Shown here: in pieces, positions 29,666 through 39,299 of the stretch
How positions within the stretch are numbered: position 1 is the first letter of the stretch
Layout: every line of letters starts with the position of its first letter
IMG/VR virus record: IMGVR_UViG_3300031555_002371
Span: 32,001-96,000 of that record
Length of the DNA: 64,000 bases
Direction: 5' to 3' (one strand)
Source of the DNA: a virus
Taxonomy: Duplodnaviria; Caudoviricetes
Translations under genes and position numbers: made by a program
Notes under the pieces: model-generated
What the model saw: the letters and a program-made list of their open reading frames with translations, nothing else
Told to the model about the DNA's origin: nothing
Databases searched by the model: none

Positions 29666-32600
29666 TTATTTAGTCCATTGGTATTTATATTTATCAAGCG
29701 GACTTCCACCGTTTATTCTACCAATAGTCATTGCCTGAATCATTTTTTCAAACTTTCCATCTTTTTGAAGTTTAGTTACAAAATCATTGTAATCCTCAAC
29801 TTTCTCAATAGGAATAGTTATCTCGAAATGATTTTCAACATTTGTTTCACCATAGTTTGTAAGAATCTGCGCCAACTTCTCCCCAAAATTAGGAATATTA
29901 TTTCCGTAAGACATCGGAGCGAAAGAAGAATACAAAGGATTTCCAAAACTAACATTATCGGACGCTAATTGCGCGAGAATATCTCTTAACGCAATAAAGT
30001 TTTGAGTATCTTCGGAGTCAAGCACCATTTCAGGCTTGGTCTTTGTACCGTCCATCCATGCAAGACCCGTAAAATCTGCAAGACCACCTTCATTATAAGA
30101 ATTTAACTTATTAAAAAAAGCAGTGGTCATCTCTGAACGTTTATTTTTGTCTGCAAAGTTTACCCATCCACCATCTGTGGAGACAACATAAACAACACCA
30201 TCAAGTCCTGCGAGTGTTTTGGCAGGTGGCTTTGTACCACCAAATAGGTCGTTTAGTTTTCTTTCCGTTGTATCAGATACGGTATTATCTTCGGAATCAT
30301 ATGTTGCAACTTTAAAAGTTTGACCGTCAATTTTGACTTCACAATCATCCCATCCAACACTTGCATCGTTTAATCCAGATACAGAATAGTCTTGCGAGTT
30401 TAAAGTGCCAGTACGTTTTAAGGTACTCTCAAATTTTGGAATATTAATTCCGCCAGGGTTTGATGGAACTTTTGATTCAGTTGTGCCACTTCCACTCGGA
30501 GTGCTACCACTATCAGAACTACCAGTAGAATTGCTTTCATTTCCAGCGTTGACAAGTGCCTCAAGAGCAGAAACAATTATAGATAATGTGTTTTCAATTG
30601 TTGTAACACCAGAGCTTATCGTGTCATTATTTGTACTATAGTCTGAAACAACAGTTTTACACTCATCAACAACCGTCCAAATTGCATCCATCTTATCGGA
30701 CAAAGTAGTATCAACACTCCCCACGGCGGCTTCAAGAGTTTCCTTAATGTCTGACGCATTAGTATTGATAGCAGTAATGGAATCCTTAATTAATGTGCCT
30801 ACATTATCTAATCTGCGATTAAGAATTGACTCATAATCGTCATAAAGATTATCAAGCAACTTCTTTTGGTCTGCAATAAACTGGTCATATTCAGTTTTCT
30901 GAAGTTCTTCTTGTGCTTCCTCCAAATCGACCTTTAACTTTTGAATTTGTGCTTTTGCTTCTTCAGAAGTATCATTTTCATAGGCTATAATTTGCTTTTG
31001 CAAAGTGCCTATTTCTTCGGTGATATCAGAAACTTTATTTCGATAATCATATAAATCCTTGGTAGCATCAAGAGCGTCCTTGTATTTATTAATAAGATTG
31101 TCAAGGGCATCAAGTTCTGCTTCGATACCTTCTTTAACCAAATCAATCATTGCTTGTTTTTCATCCTCTGCGGCAAGCACAGATTCACGCTGCAATTCAA
31201 GCAATTCTTCTTTTCGGTCAATTAAAGTTTGATTTGCTGGATCGTTTGCCAAGTCAGACTCAATTTTTGCAAGTTCATCCGCATATCGCTGAGCTTGTTC
31301 CATATAAACATTATAGTTTACACCATGTAAGCCCATGGCGGCATTACCATATTCGGTTAGCTTGCCATTATCATCAACCATATCCCTGTTATCCAAGAGG
31401 TTAAGCAAGAATTCCGATTCATCGGTTATCTTTTTGATTTCTTCTTGAACATCATCGAACTTTTTCCATTCGAGGTCTCGAATTTTATCTTTCACATTGG
31501 AGAGGGAATTAGCGAGAGCAACCATTTGGGCAATCTGCGCCTCGGTTGCGCCATTAGCCGCGAGAGTTGCTCCATATTCGGCTATGAGTTCATCTACGAG
31601 GCGATCAACTTCATCAGCAGCAATCGCAATTTTACCGCTTGAGAAGTCAAACAAGTTTGCATAATCTTTATTGAGTTTGATTAATTCATTATAAGTTTCT
31701 ACGGAAACAGAGCCGGTATTATTGTACTCGTCGGTTGCGGATTTGAGTTTGCCAATAGTGTTTTGATATGAATTAATTACTTTAGTTAGCGTATCAATGC
31801 CGCTCGTTGATTCTTCAATTTGCTTATTCAACTCATTGTAATATGTTGGGAACTGTGTCGCCATCATATTGTCAATCAAAGTCTGGACATTGTCGCTTGT
31901 TGCCGTTCCGTCAAGCAATAACTGTTTAATATCTTCATTTGCAGCAAGATTATCAATCAACTTTTGTTGATATGCCAAATAAGAATCAACAGAGTCAACA
32001 ACCATTCCACTGATGTCAAGGTTCAATCTTTCCTCAGTGATTGCCCGATTAGCCATAGAAGCGGTTGCTTCATCCAATGTATCAATGATAGCGGAATATT
32101 CTTTTCTATTTTTGACGAGCTTATTATAAACAGCGTTATCATAATGATTAAAGTTGGCATCCGACTCCATTGCTTCGATACATTTTGTTAGTATATCGTA
32201 ATATTCTTGAGCAGTACCAGTATCAAATTCTATGCTGGTTAAAGTTGTTACGAAATTAGAATCCCATTCAGCACTCGCGCCTTCAATAGAATTAATTATT
32301 TTAGCCGCTTCTTCATCCCAGCCATCAACGGTTAACTCTATTCCTCCCCAACTTGAAGCCCATGATGCCCAACCAGAATCTTCGACGTCTCTTACATATG
32401 CATTGTTATAACTTTTTTTAGCCTCTGAATATGCAGCAACAAAGTCTGATTGTTGAGTTTTAACTTCTTCAAGTTGAAGTTGTTTTAATTTAAGTATTTG
32501 GTCATCAAGTTTACCATTTACCAAATCTAAGCCATCAACTTCTCCGCTAACAAGACTATTGATTTCTTTCTGAATATCTCGAATTTCAATTCTTGTATCA

Positions 32601-33358
32601 GCATCAATAAATTCTTGACTTGCTAACTCTTGATATTTTTTAATTAACTGGTCAATTTGTTCTTGTTCTGCTTCATGTTCTTTTGTTATTTCTATTGCCG
32701 CTTCAGCTGCTTCTTTGGATTTTTCGGAAGCATCTACTGCGGCGGTTGATAACTTATTAAATGCTGCGACAACACCAATTATTGCCGCTATTGCTAATAG
32801 CCAAGGATTTGCTGCAAGCGCTGCGGTAAGCCCTTTGACTGCACCCTTGGCAACTACGGTCGCAGATGTAAAGAGTCCAGTTGCGGCAGTAGCACTGGTT
32901 GTTGCTGCGGTAGAGGCAGCTTTTGCCACGGCTTCTTCTGCTTGGGCTTTGGATAACCCTTTATGCATAAGTATCTCGATTTGCTGTTCTTTAGCAAGCG
33001 AAGTTGTTGCTAAAAGCTGCGCCAAAACTGACGCTGACAGGTTGGAGGTTGCAACAGCGGCGGCGATTTGTTCAGCAGTCAGTCCACTGGTTGCAAGAGA
33101 TTCAGCCGTAATCGAATTTGCAAGATTAGTTTTTGTAAGTGCCGCATACAAATCCGCACTCGACATAGTATTCGTTGAAGCGATTAATGTAGCTCTATCT
33201 ACGGATAAACCTTTTTCTTTTAAAATCTGTATCTGTTCGGCGGCAGTTAATTTTGTTTTGGCAAGTGCGGCAACTGTATCTGCAGTAGACATTTTGGCAG
33301 TTGCCACACGAACTGCATCAATGCTTGTAGCTCCTTGTAACCCCAAAATACGTATTTG
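29666..33358 (-). CDS. tape measure protein, exon 3
   Basis: Ala-rich then coiled coil; SYNEGGLADFTGLAWMDGTKTKPEMVL; no SD before the ATG at 33361, whose G fits the intron omega-G. Confidence 0.85.
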   Translation of the reverse strand, partial: QIRILGLQGATSIDAVRVATAKMSTADTVAALAKTKLTAAEQIQILKEKGLSVDRATLIASTNTMSSADLYAALTKTNLANSITAESLATSGLTAEQIAAAVATSNLSASVLAQLLATTSLAKEQQIEILMHKGLSKAQAEEAVAKAASTAATTSATAATGLFTSATVVAKGAVKGLTAALAANPWLLAIAAIIGVVAAFNKLSTAAVDASEKSKEAAEAAIEITKEHEAEQEQIDQLIKKYQELASQEFIDADTRIEIRDIQKEINSLVSGEVDGLDLVNGKLDDQILKLKQLQLEEVKTQQSDFVAAYSEAKKSYNNAYVRDVEDSGWASWASSWGGIELTVDGWDEEAAKIINSIEGASAEWDSNFVTTLTSIEFDTGTAQEYYDILTKCIEAMESDANFNHYDNAVYNKLVKNRKEYSAIIDTLDEATASMANRAITEERLNLDISGMVVDSVDSYLAYQQKLIDNLAANEDIKQLLLDGTATSDNVQTLIDNMMATQFPTYYNELNKQIEESTSGIDTLTKVINSYQNTIGKLKSATDEYNNTGSVSVETYNELIKLNKDYANLFDFSSGKIAIAADEVDRLVDELIAEYGATLAANGATEAQIAQMVALANSLSNVKDKIRDLEWKKFDDVQEEIKKITDESEFLLNLLDNRDMVDDNGKLTEYGNAAMGLHGVNYNVYMEQAQRYADELAKIESDLANDPANQTLIDRKEELLELQRESVLAAEDEKQAMIDLVKEGIEAELDALDNLINKYKDALDATKDLYDYRNKVSDITEEIGTLQKQIIAYENDTSEEAKAQIQKLKVDLEEAQEELQKTEYDQFIADQKKLLDNLYDDYESILNRRLDNVGTLIKDSITAINTNASDIKETLEAAVGSVDTTLSDKMDAIWTVVDECKTVVSDYSTNNDTISSGVTTIENTLSIIVSALEALVNAGNESNSTGSSDSGSTPSGSGTTESKVPSNPGGINIPKFESTLKRTGTLNSQDYSVSGLNDASVGWDDCEVKIDGQTFKVATYDSEDNTVSDTTERKLNDLFGGTKPPAKTLAGLDGVVYVVSTDGGWVNFADKNKRSEMTTAFFNKLNSYNEGGLADFTGLAWMDGTKTKPEMVLDSEDTQNFIALRDILAQLASDNVSFGNPLYSSFAPMSYGNNIPNFGEKLAQILTNYGETNVENHFEITIPIEKVEDYNDFVTKLQKDGKFEKMIQAMTIGRINGGSPLDKYKYQWTK

Positions 33359-33402
33359 CATAAATATATTACAAGGAATTAAGAATAAATCAGAAAAACC
33401 GC

Positions 33403-33431
33403 TTGAAAAACCTCTCGTTTTATGTTATAAT
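33403..33431 (+). promoter_or_regulatory. sigmaA promoter of the intron cargo gene
   Basis: TTGAAA, 17 bp spacer, TGnTATAAT; SD GAAAGGTGGTG follows. Confidence 0.8.
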
Positions 33432-33461
33432 AATATCACCATATGAAAGGTGGTGTCATTA

Positions 33462-33782
33462 ATGAGTGAATATTCAAAGATAATTGGCGAAAGGGAAATG
33501 GTTTGCCCTTATTGCGGACATAATAAATCGAATATACACCAATGTGTAGAAGATAACAATATTTTTGGAGAATGCCAAGGGTGCGGAAGAATGACATTTA
33601 ACGAATTTAATACTTCATCGAATGTAAATAAACCAATTGTTAGATGCCCTTATTGTAATTCTGGAAATACGAGAAAAATTACAAAAGCATCAAAAATCGG
33701 TGGTATTGCACTATTTGGTATTTTTGCTGTTGGCAAATCTACAAAAGAGTGGCATTGTAATGATTGTAAAAGTGATTTCTGA
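33462..33782 (+). CDS. double zinc-ribbon protein with a hydrophobic segment (intron cargo)
   Basis: CPYC..CQGC and CPYC..IGGIALFGIFAVG..CNDC; own SD, promoter and terminator. Confidence 0.85.
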   Translation: MSEYSKIIGEREMVCPYCGHNKSNIHQCVEDNNIFGECQGCGRMTFNEFNTSSNVNKPIVRCPYCNSGNTRKITKASKIGGIALFGIFAVGKSTKEWHCNDCKSDF

Positions 33783-33788
33783 TTATTG

Positions 33789-33821
33789 TGCGCATTGTCT
33801 TTTTAGGCAGTGCGCTTTTTT
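33789..33821 (+). terminator. terminator of the cargo gene
   Basis: GCGCATTGTC/GGCAGTGCGC followed by a T-tract. Confidence 0.8.
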
Positions 33822-34248
33822 GTACATTGGAACATACATTAATAGTAAATAAAATATGGCTTTCATTTACTACAAGGAATGGTGTTCTCTGAACGTTCTT
33901 ATCATAAAAATTCTTATCCCGACATTGCTTGCACAATTGCTACTATCGGATTATACAATTAAACCTTTCGGCTGATAAGTGCGCTGCTCGTTACCAATTG
34001 TATATCTGTCCGGCATTATTTTTTAGCCGTAGAAAACTTACTCCCATGTACTAATGGTTTGACTTATTTACCTTGTTTTTCGGCTACTTCAAATAGAGAA
34101 GTGTAGTAAGTATTATGGTTTCAAGCAATTTCTCCTTTTGTTATTTTAGAACTTTCATCCTATGGAATTATTTTTATCGCCATTATGATAAATCTTCTCC
34201 CATAGTAGACCAAACACATTTTGGGATGTGTTATAACTTTTTAGGTTA

Positions 34249-34821
34249 ATCGAGGTTCTTTACAAACGCATAAATTCCAACGCCTGCGATTGCTATGTTC
34301 AACATCCCAAACGTATCAATAATCCAATTCAATACGTTTAACAATGTTGTCCCAGTATCAATTAAACCGCCAAGCATATCATCGTCAAGAATTGTTTGAG
34401 ATAAATCTTGCCATGCAGCTTTAAATTGATTGACTTTTGCTTCAAGACTTTCAAGCCATTTCTCATGCTCTGATAAGGCTGAGCCTTTGGAGTTTTCAGA
34501 AGTATCTAATACACTTCTTGCTACATCAAAGTTGGTCATCAAAGACGAGAACACGTTGCCCTGTCTTTTACCAGCCAGTAATTCTTGAATACTTGCTCGC
34601 TGAATATCAGATAAGTTTTCCCATTTTTCTGAAAGCTCATCTAAAATATCATATGTTGATTTGAATGTGTTTTCATCAAGCATGATATCAACACCGGACA
34701 AGGCGAGAATTTCTTCTCTTAATATAGCCGTTGATTCAGCCATACCGTCTATTTCGAGTCCTGCGGCTTCAAGTTCTGTTTTAGCCGCACGAATTCTCAT
34801 GCTTATGGTTTTAAACGCTGT
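34249..34821 (-). CDS. tape measure protein, exon 2
   Basis: TAFKTISMRIRAAKTEL..FKSTYDIL..AGKRQGNV..SLEAKVNQFKAAWQ continues the core of exon 1. Confidence 0.9.
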
Positions 34822-36088
34822 CAGTCTGTTACTTTCGGTTTTCACCTACTGACCATACAATAATATATGGCGGTTAGTCATTTCTGGCTAACTCTGCAAT
34901 TTCATTTTCAGATTATAGTTGCAGCTCGGACTGTATCTTCTCACAATAACGAAACTCATTATGTTGCCATAAAGAGTATTACAGTCTCTAAGGATTCTTT
35001 ATAGATGTTGATTTATAGATATGTCAAATGATTAGGCATTAACTCTATCTATCTTGATATGGTAAAATGATATTTTCATTTAATTCTAATTTGTTATGTT
35101 TTATATGATAATTAAAGGAATGATAATTGGGAAGTATTCCTTTTGATTTGATGTATCGTTTTATCAATCTCTTACATAAATATGGGCGGTTATATATATC
35201 ATCTTCCCACAAATATAATATCTCGACATTATAATTATTTTTTATGTAAGTATGTTTTGCTTTGTCTTTTGGAATTCTTTTCTGTTGGATTGAATTAATA
35301 TTGCCAGTATATTTTAGTGGATTGCTATGCCAAAAATCTCCCATAACTTCAATAATTAAATTAGACTCAAATAAATAATTATCTACACAGTAATATTTAT
35401 AAGACTTCTCATTAATATATCCAACATTCATTTTTTCCAACATATCATTAACACTTTTTTGCGGTTTGGTGTTTGTACTAATAGAACCGATTTCTAAAAT
35501 TTTTGTTGCACGAATTCTCGATTTTTCTTTCCATGAATCTTGTTGAGACCAAACATTTGAATACCAATCTCTACGACATTTATCCGAGCAAAATAAACGT
35601 TGACCATTTTTAGTTTTATACTTTTTAACGATAATTTCTTTCCCACAACATTCACAACTGGCTTTTTCTCTCGTATATCTCGAATTCTTTTCTCCTGTTT
35701 GAAGTTTTTGCCACTCCTTTTGACAATAGGTAGAGCATAAGGTTTGTGTTGAACGTTTGCTAACCTCAAACTCCTTGTTACAAATTAAACATTTTCTTGT
35801 TTCGTGCGTTTCTTTATGTTGAAATTCTTTTTGACACTTGCCACTACAATAATGATGTTTTGCGCGATTATATTGTGTCCTTGTTTGCGTTATTATTTTC
35901 CCACAATTCTCGCACTCAACAAATAATAAATGTGTACATTCTTTTGCTATATAAACATCTCCTTTTTCTTATAAAAAACACGTCCTTCCTAATTGACGTG
36001 TTACAACATCTATAAAGTCTTTCCTCGGTCTTGACCATCTCTGGCTTTTAACCGATATAGTTATTTTTAAAGTCGGCAGTATTCGTTT
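34822..36088 (-). mobile_element. group I intron 1 (IA-like) with homing endonuclease
   Basis: P1 AGTCGGT/GCCGACT with U.G wobble; P6 extension CTTTATAGATGTTG/CAACATCTATAAAG encloses the ORF; P7 GAGACTGT/ACAGTCC; omega-G at 34822; splicing restores QDADSVG|TAFKTISMR. Confidence 0.92.
35045..35950 (-). CDS. intron-encoded homing endonuclease: 3 Cys4 zinc fingers plus Vsr/EDxHD-like nuclease, ATA start
   Basis: Frame open from an ATA 8 nt after AAGGAG; CENC..CSGKC, CLIC..CSTYC, CECC..CSDKC; IEVMGDFWH..ILYLWEDDI. Confidence 0.8.
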   Translation of the reverse strand: MAKECTHLLFVECENCGKIITQTRTQYNRAKHHYCSGKCQKEFQHKETHETRKCLICNKEFEVSKRSTQTLCSTYCQKEWQKLQTGEKNSRYTREKASCECCGKEIIVKKYKTKNGQRLFCSDKCRRDWYSNVWSQQDSWKEKSRIRATKILEIGSISTNTKPQKSVNDMLEKMNVGYINEKSYKYYCVDNYLFESNLIIEVMGDFWHSNPLKYTGNINSIQQKRIPKDKAKHTYIKNNYNVEILYLWEDDIYNRPYLCKRLIKRYIKSKGILPNYHSFNYHIKHNKLELNENIILPYQDR

Positions 36089-37693
36089 ACCGACTGAATC
36101 TGCATCTTGCACTACGGTATTTGCCGCAGTAATAAGAGCAATAGATTCATCAAGCGTATTATTTGCAGCGGCTAATGAAGAAGCAGACCTTTGGAGTGCT
36201 TCACCAATACTGCCTGACGAAATAGCAAAGTTATTACCTACTGCATTAAACTTATCAACAATTGTTATTGCATCATCAGCTTCAATCTTAAACGCAGCCA
36301 TTGTGGATATAATGCTTTGTGTTGCGGCATCAATATTTTCTATTTCATCACCAACAACAGAATAAATGTTGGCGACCTCTGCCAGCGATTCAGATTCCGA
36401 AAAACTAAAACCTAAACGAGCAAAATCTGCTGTTGACTTAACCAATTCAGAAATAGTTGTTCCAAGTTTTTGAGCTTTTTTCCCGGCATTATCAAGAAAT
36501 TTATCATATGTTTCATCAGTTTCGTCCGTAACCTTTTTTAATTCGGTCATGGCAGTATTAACATTATAAACATTTTGAAACATCTGTTTAAAAGCATTTA
36601 CAATTTGATAAATTGCGGTTGAAACACCAACATATCTCCAAATACTCTTAAATGCTGCGGTTAATTGAGTACCAAATGACTTACCAGTCTTTCCCGCAAG
36701 CTGAGCCTGAACTTTAATGTCTCTAAATTCTTGCTCAATAGTATCTAATTTGATTTTTGAATCTTCACACGAACCATCAAGCTCTGATAACCTTTTGCGA
36801 AGTTTTTCAATGTCCGCACCAAAATCATTTGTAGCCTTTGTGTTTTTTTGCAACCAAGATGAAATCTGGTTATCTAATGAGTTGATTTGGGATAGACTTA
36901 CAAAACTTTTTGTTTCAGATGTAATGGTCGCAAGTGTATTTCTAACCCTTTGCAAAACATTATTGTATTCAGTATAACTCGTAACCAACGAGGTAGGGTC
37001 TGTTGCGCCTTTCATAGCGGTTTGTAATTTTTCAAGCTTCGCTAAATCATCTTTTACAAGAGATAACTTCTTGTGTTCTCCTGCTCCAAGTTTTTCGTAT
37101 TGCGCGGCGACTTTTGCAATCGAAGCCTCGATGCCACCATTTTTAAGTTGTGCTTTAATTTGATTTACTAACGCTTGTGAATCTGTTGCAACTGTAGAAA
37201 GAGAGTTTTTTACTCTTGCTAAAACATCGTTATACTTTGTATAACTTGTAACCAAGGTTGTTGAATCTGTGGCGTTGCTCATGGCGGCTTGTAATCTTCC
37301 AAGCTCCGCTAAATCTTTCTCTATAAGAGATAACTTACCGTGTCCTGTTGTGCCAAGTTTTTCGTATTGCGCAGTAACTTTGGCAATTGATGATTCAATA
37401 CCACCATTATTAAGCTGCGTATTAATTCGATTTACTAACGCTTGTGAAAAAGACTGCCCAGCAGTTTTTCCTGCGTTTTGCATCTGACTATCAACATTAG
37501 CCATCTTTATACCATCAAGACTGATAGTAAATCTATGGTTATCTAATGATGCCTGAATTTGAGACGGGAGACCACTCGTATCGAGTCTAATCTTTCTCAA
37601 AACAAGCGTGTTATCTCTTGATATTTTTTGAAGTTGGGAGGGTATTTTGGAAGCATCTAATTCCGCTAATATTCTTGCTCTAAAATCAGACAT
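36089..37693 (-). CDS. tape measure protein, exon 1
   Basis: VNTAMTELKKVTD, STADFARLGF, VDKFNAVGNNFAISS, TP901-type tape measure core. Confidence 0.92.
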
Positions 37694-37745
37694 TATTTTT
37701 TAACCTCCATATATTATTTAAGTGCATAAAACACATCGATTTAAT

Positions 37746-37778
37746 AAAACAGCACCGCACAGTTAAGGCGGTGCTTTT
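37746..37778 (-). terminator. terminator-like hairpin between recombinase and tape measure
   Basis: AGCACCGC/GCGGTGCT with a U-rich tail on the minus strand. Confidence 0.6.
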
Positions 37779-37786
37779 CGTTATTC

Positions 37787-38845
37787 TTATAAATCTTCGA
37801 GAGTTGTGGATTCAACCTTTTTAATTCCATCTGCTCCAAAATATTTCTCTAACTGCGAATCACCGGAACGGTCATCATAGATTCTTAACATATCACTCGA
37901 TGTCCAACCTTGAATTGTTTGTACAAGATTCTCAGGCAAGTTCTGTTCAAGTAAGTATGTGGTATATGCATGACGCAAGCTATGGAAATAAAAAGGTCTT
38001 CCAAGCAAATTGGTAAATGTTCTCGCCATTGAATTCATCAATGGAACTTCGATATGTTCATCAACCCATTTGCCATCTTTAAATTTAGGGAATAACCAAT
38101 CACTTGTAATCCCAAGTCGCTCCCTTTCTTTTAACCAGTAGTCAAGATAGGGTTTAAACGGTTTTGCAAGTGTATAAACATCAAGCAATTTTCCGCGTTG
38201 ACCGCGACCTTTTGTTACCATTTTTTCAGGTGTCTTATATAAAGCACCATCACAAATTAAATTTTCATCGTCGAAATAAGACGCTTTAAATCTTGTCAAT
38301 TCAGTTTTTCTTTTGCCACTATACATGGCAAGTGCAAGCACACAGGCTTTCATATAATCCTTATCTTCAATGAGCTTGTCCAACAAAGGCTGTAAATCTT
38401 CCATTTGGAACACGGTTTTTACTCTCACCGCTTCATCTGCAGGAGATTCGATTTTGCGAACAATCGGCTTATATCCATCATATTCATCATCTAAAATATT
38501 CTCAATGTAGTTACTTAAAGACGAGATAGTAGCCTTAACCGTTCTAATTCGTTTTGGACTCCATTGCCAAACATTAATAGCATGGCTTTGAAACTTAGTG
38601 ATTTCACGCTTAGTTAAATCGACAAAAAACTTATTCTTATTGAACTCCAAATTCCAGCACCAAAAGATATGTAAATTGGCACGGTATTGTTTAATTGTTC
38701 CTTTCGACCTATCAATAGATTCAAGATATTCAATAAAATCATTTTCTAATTGAATATTATCTTGATTGACTTCTTTCATCTTTTCTGTGGAAGTAATTTC
38801 ATTGTAGACAGTCGTTCTACCATCTTTAATGTTACCCAAAATCAT
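37787..38845 (-). CDS. XerC/D-like tyrosine recombinase in the tail module
   Basis: SGKRKTEL, TKGRG, FHSLRHAY, QGWTSSDMLRIY. Confidence 0.9.
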   Translation of the reverse strand: MILGNIKDGRTTVYNEITSTEKMKEVNQDNIQLENDFIEYLESIDRSKGTIKQYRANLHIFWCWNLEFNKNKFFVDLTKREITKFQSHAINVWQWSPKRIRTVKATISSLSNYIENILDDEYDGYKPIVRKIESPADEAVRVKTVFQMEDLQPLLDKLIEDKDYMKACVLALAMYSGKRKTELTRFKASYFDDENLICDGALYKTPEKMVTKGRGQRGKLLDVYTLAKPFKPYLDYWLKERERLGITSDWLFPKFKDGKWVDEHIEVPLMNSMARTFTNLLGRPFYFHSLRHAYTTYLLEQNLPENLVQTIQGWTSSDMLRIYDDRSGDSQLEKYFGADGIKKVESTTLEDL

Positions 38846-38853
38846 TACCTCCT

Positions 38854-39294
38854 TTATATTTTTTTGAAGAATTTTCTAAAAGTACGATTTAGAGTTTTCT
38901 CCATTTTCTTCTCTGATGCTTCCCAAAAACCTTTTTTACCAAGCGTAGGTCTTAAATATCCAACGCTACTTTTTGTTATACCTGAATTTGCGAGCTTCAA
39001 AACATCTAACATATTTGGGTTTTTGCCAGTTGTATACTGATGAGATGTATCAAGATATGCTTCAAAAGACACAGTATTGGCTGTAACTATTGGTGCAGTG
39101 GTACTCGGAGTATCACCAAGCGCACCGGTACGCTCATACGATTTTGGTTTGCCTTTAGTGTAGAATTTATATGTTTCTCCATACATATCTGCCAACATTT
39201 GTTCGGATGCCACGTTCATAGACTTCTGTATTTCCTTCATAAGCATGGCATTTAATTCGTCCATGTTTTTTGCTACTTTTTTCATGGCATCCAC
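38854..39294 (-). CDS. neck/tail completion-like hypothetical protein
   Basis: PKSYERTGAL motif, position. Confidence 0.5.
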   Translation of the reverse strand: MDAMKKVAKNMDELNAMLMKEIQKSMNVASEQMLADMYGETYKFYTKGKPKSYERTGALGDTPSTTAPIVTANTVSFEAYLDTSHQYTTGKNPNMLDVLKLANSGITKSSVGYLRPTLGKKGFWEASEKKMEKTLNRTFRKFFKKI

Positions 39295-39299
39295 ACCTA

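Larger units (their letters stand above)
33359..34248 (-). mobile_element. group I intron 2 in the tape measure gene, carrying an antisense cargo gene
   Basis: P4 TGCTTG/CGAGCA, P3 AAGGAG/TTCCTT, P7 GAGAACA/TGTTCC, P8; guide sequence 34208-34225 pairs with both exons. Confidence 0.8.

Noticed and set aside
32715-33446. 243-aa plus-strand ORF
   Set aside because: Antisense shadow of the Ala-rich part of tape measure exon 3.
33739-33936. 65-aa minus-strand ORF
   Set aside because: Overlaps P6-P8 of intron 2 and has no SD.
34246-34248. Stop-codon readthrough or two independent tape measure genes
   Set aside because: Further stops follow the TAA, the downstream ATG has no SD, and a complete group I core with matching P1/P10 explains the break.
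35494-35769. Separate ORF or frameshifted endonuclease inside intron 1
   Set aside because: The endonuclease frame is continuous from 35950 to 35045; this ORF is an alternative frame.
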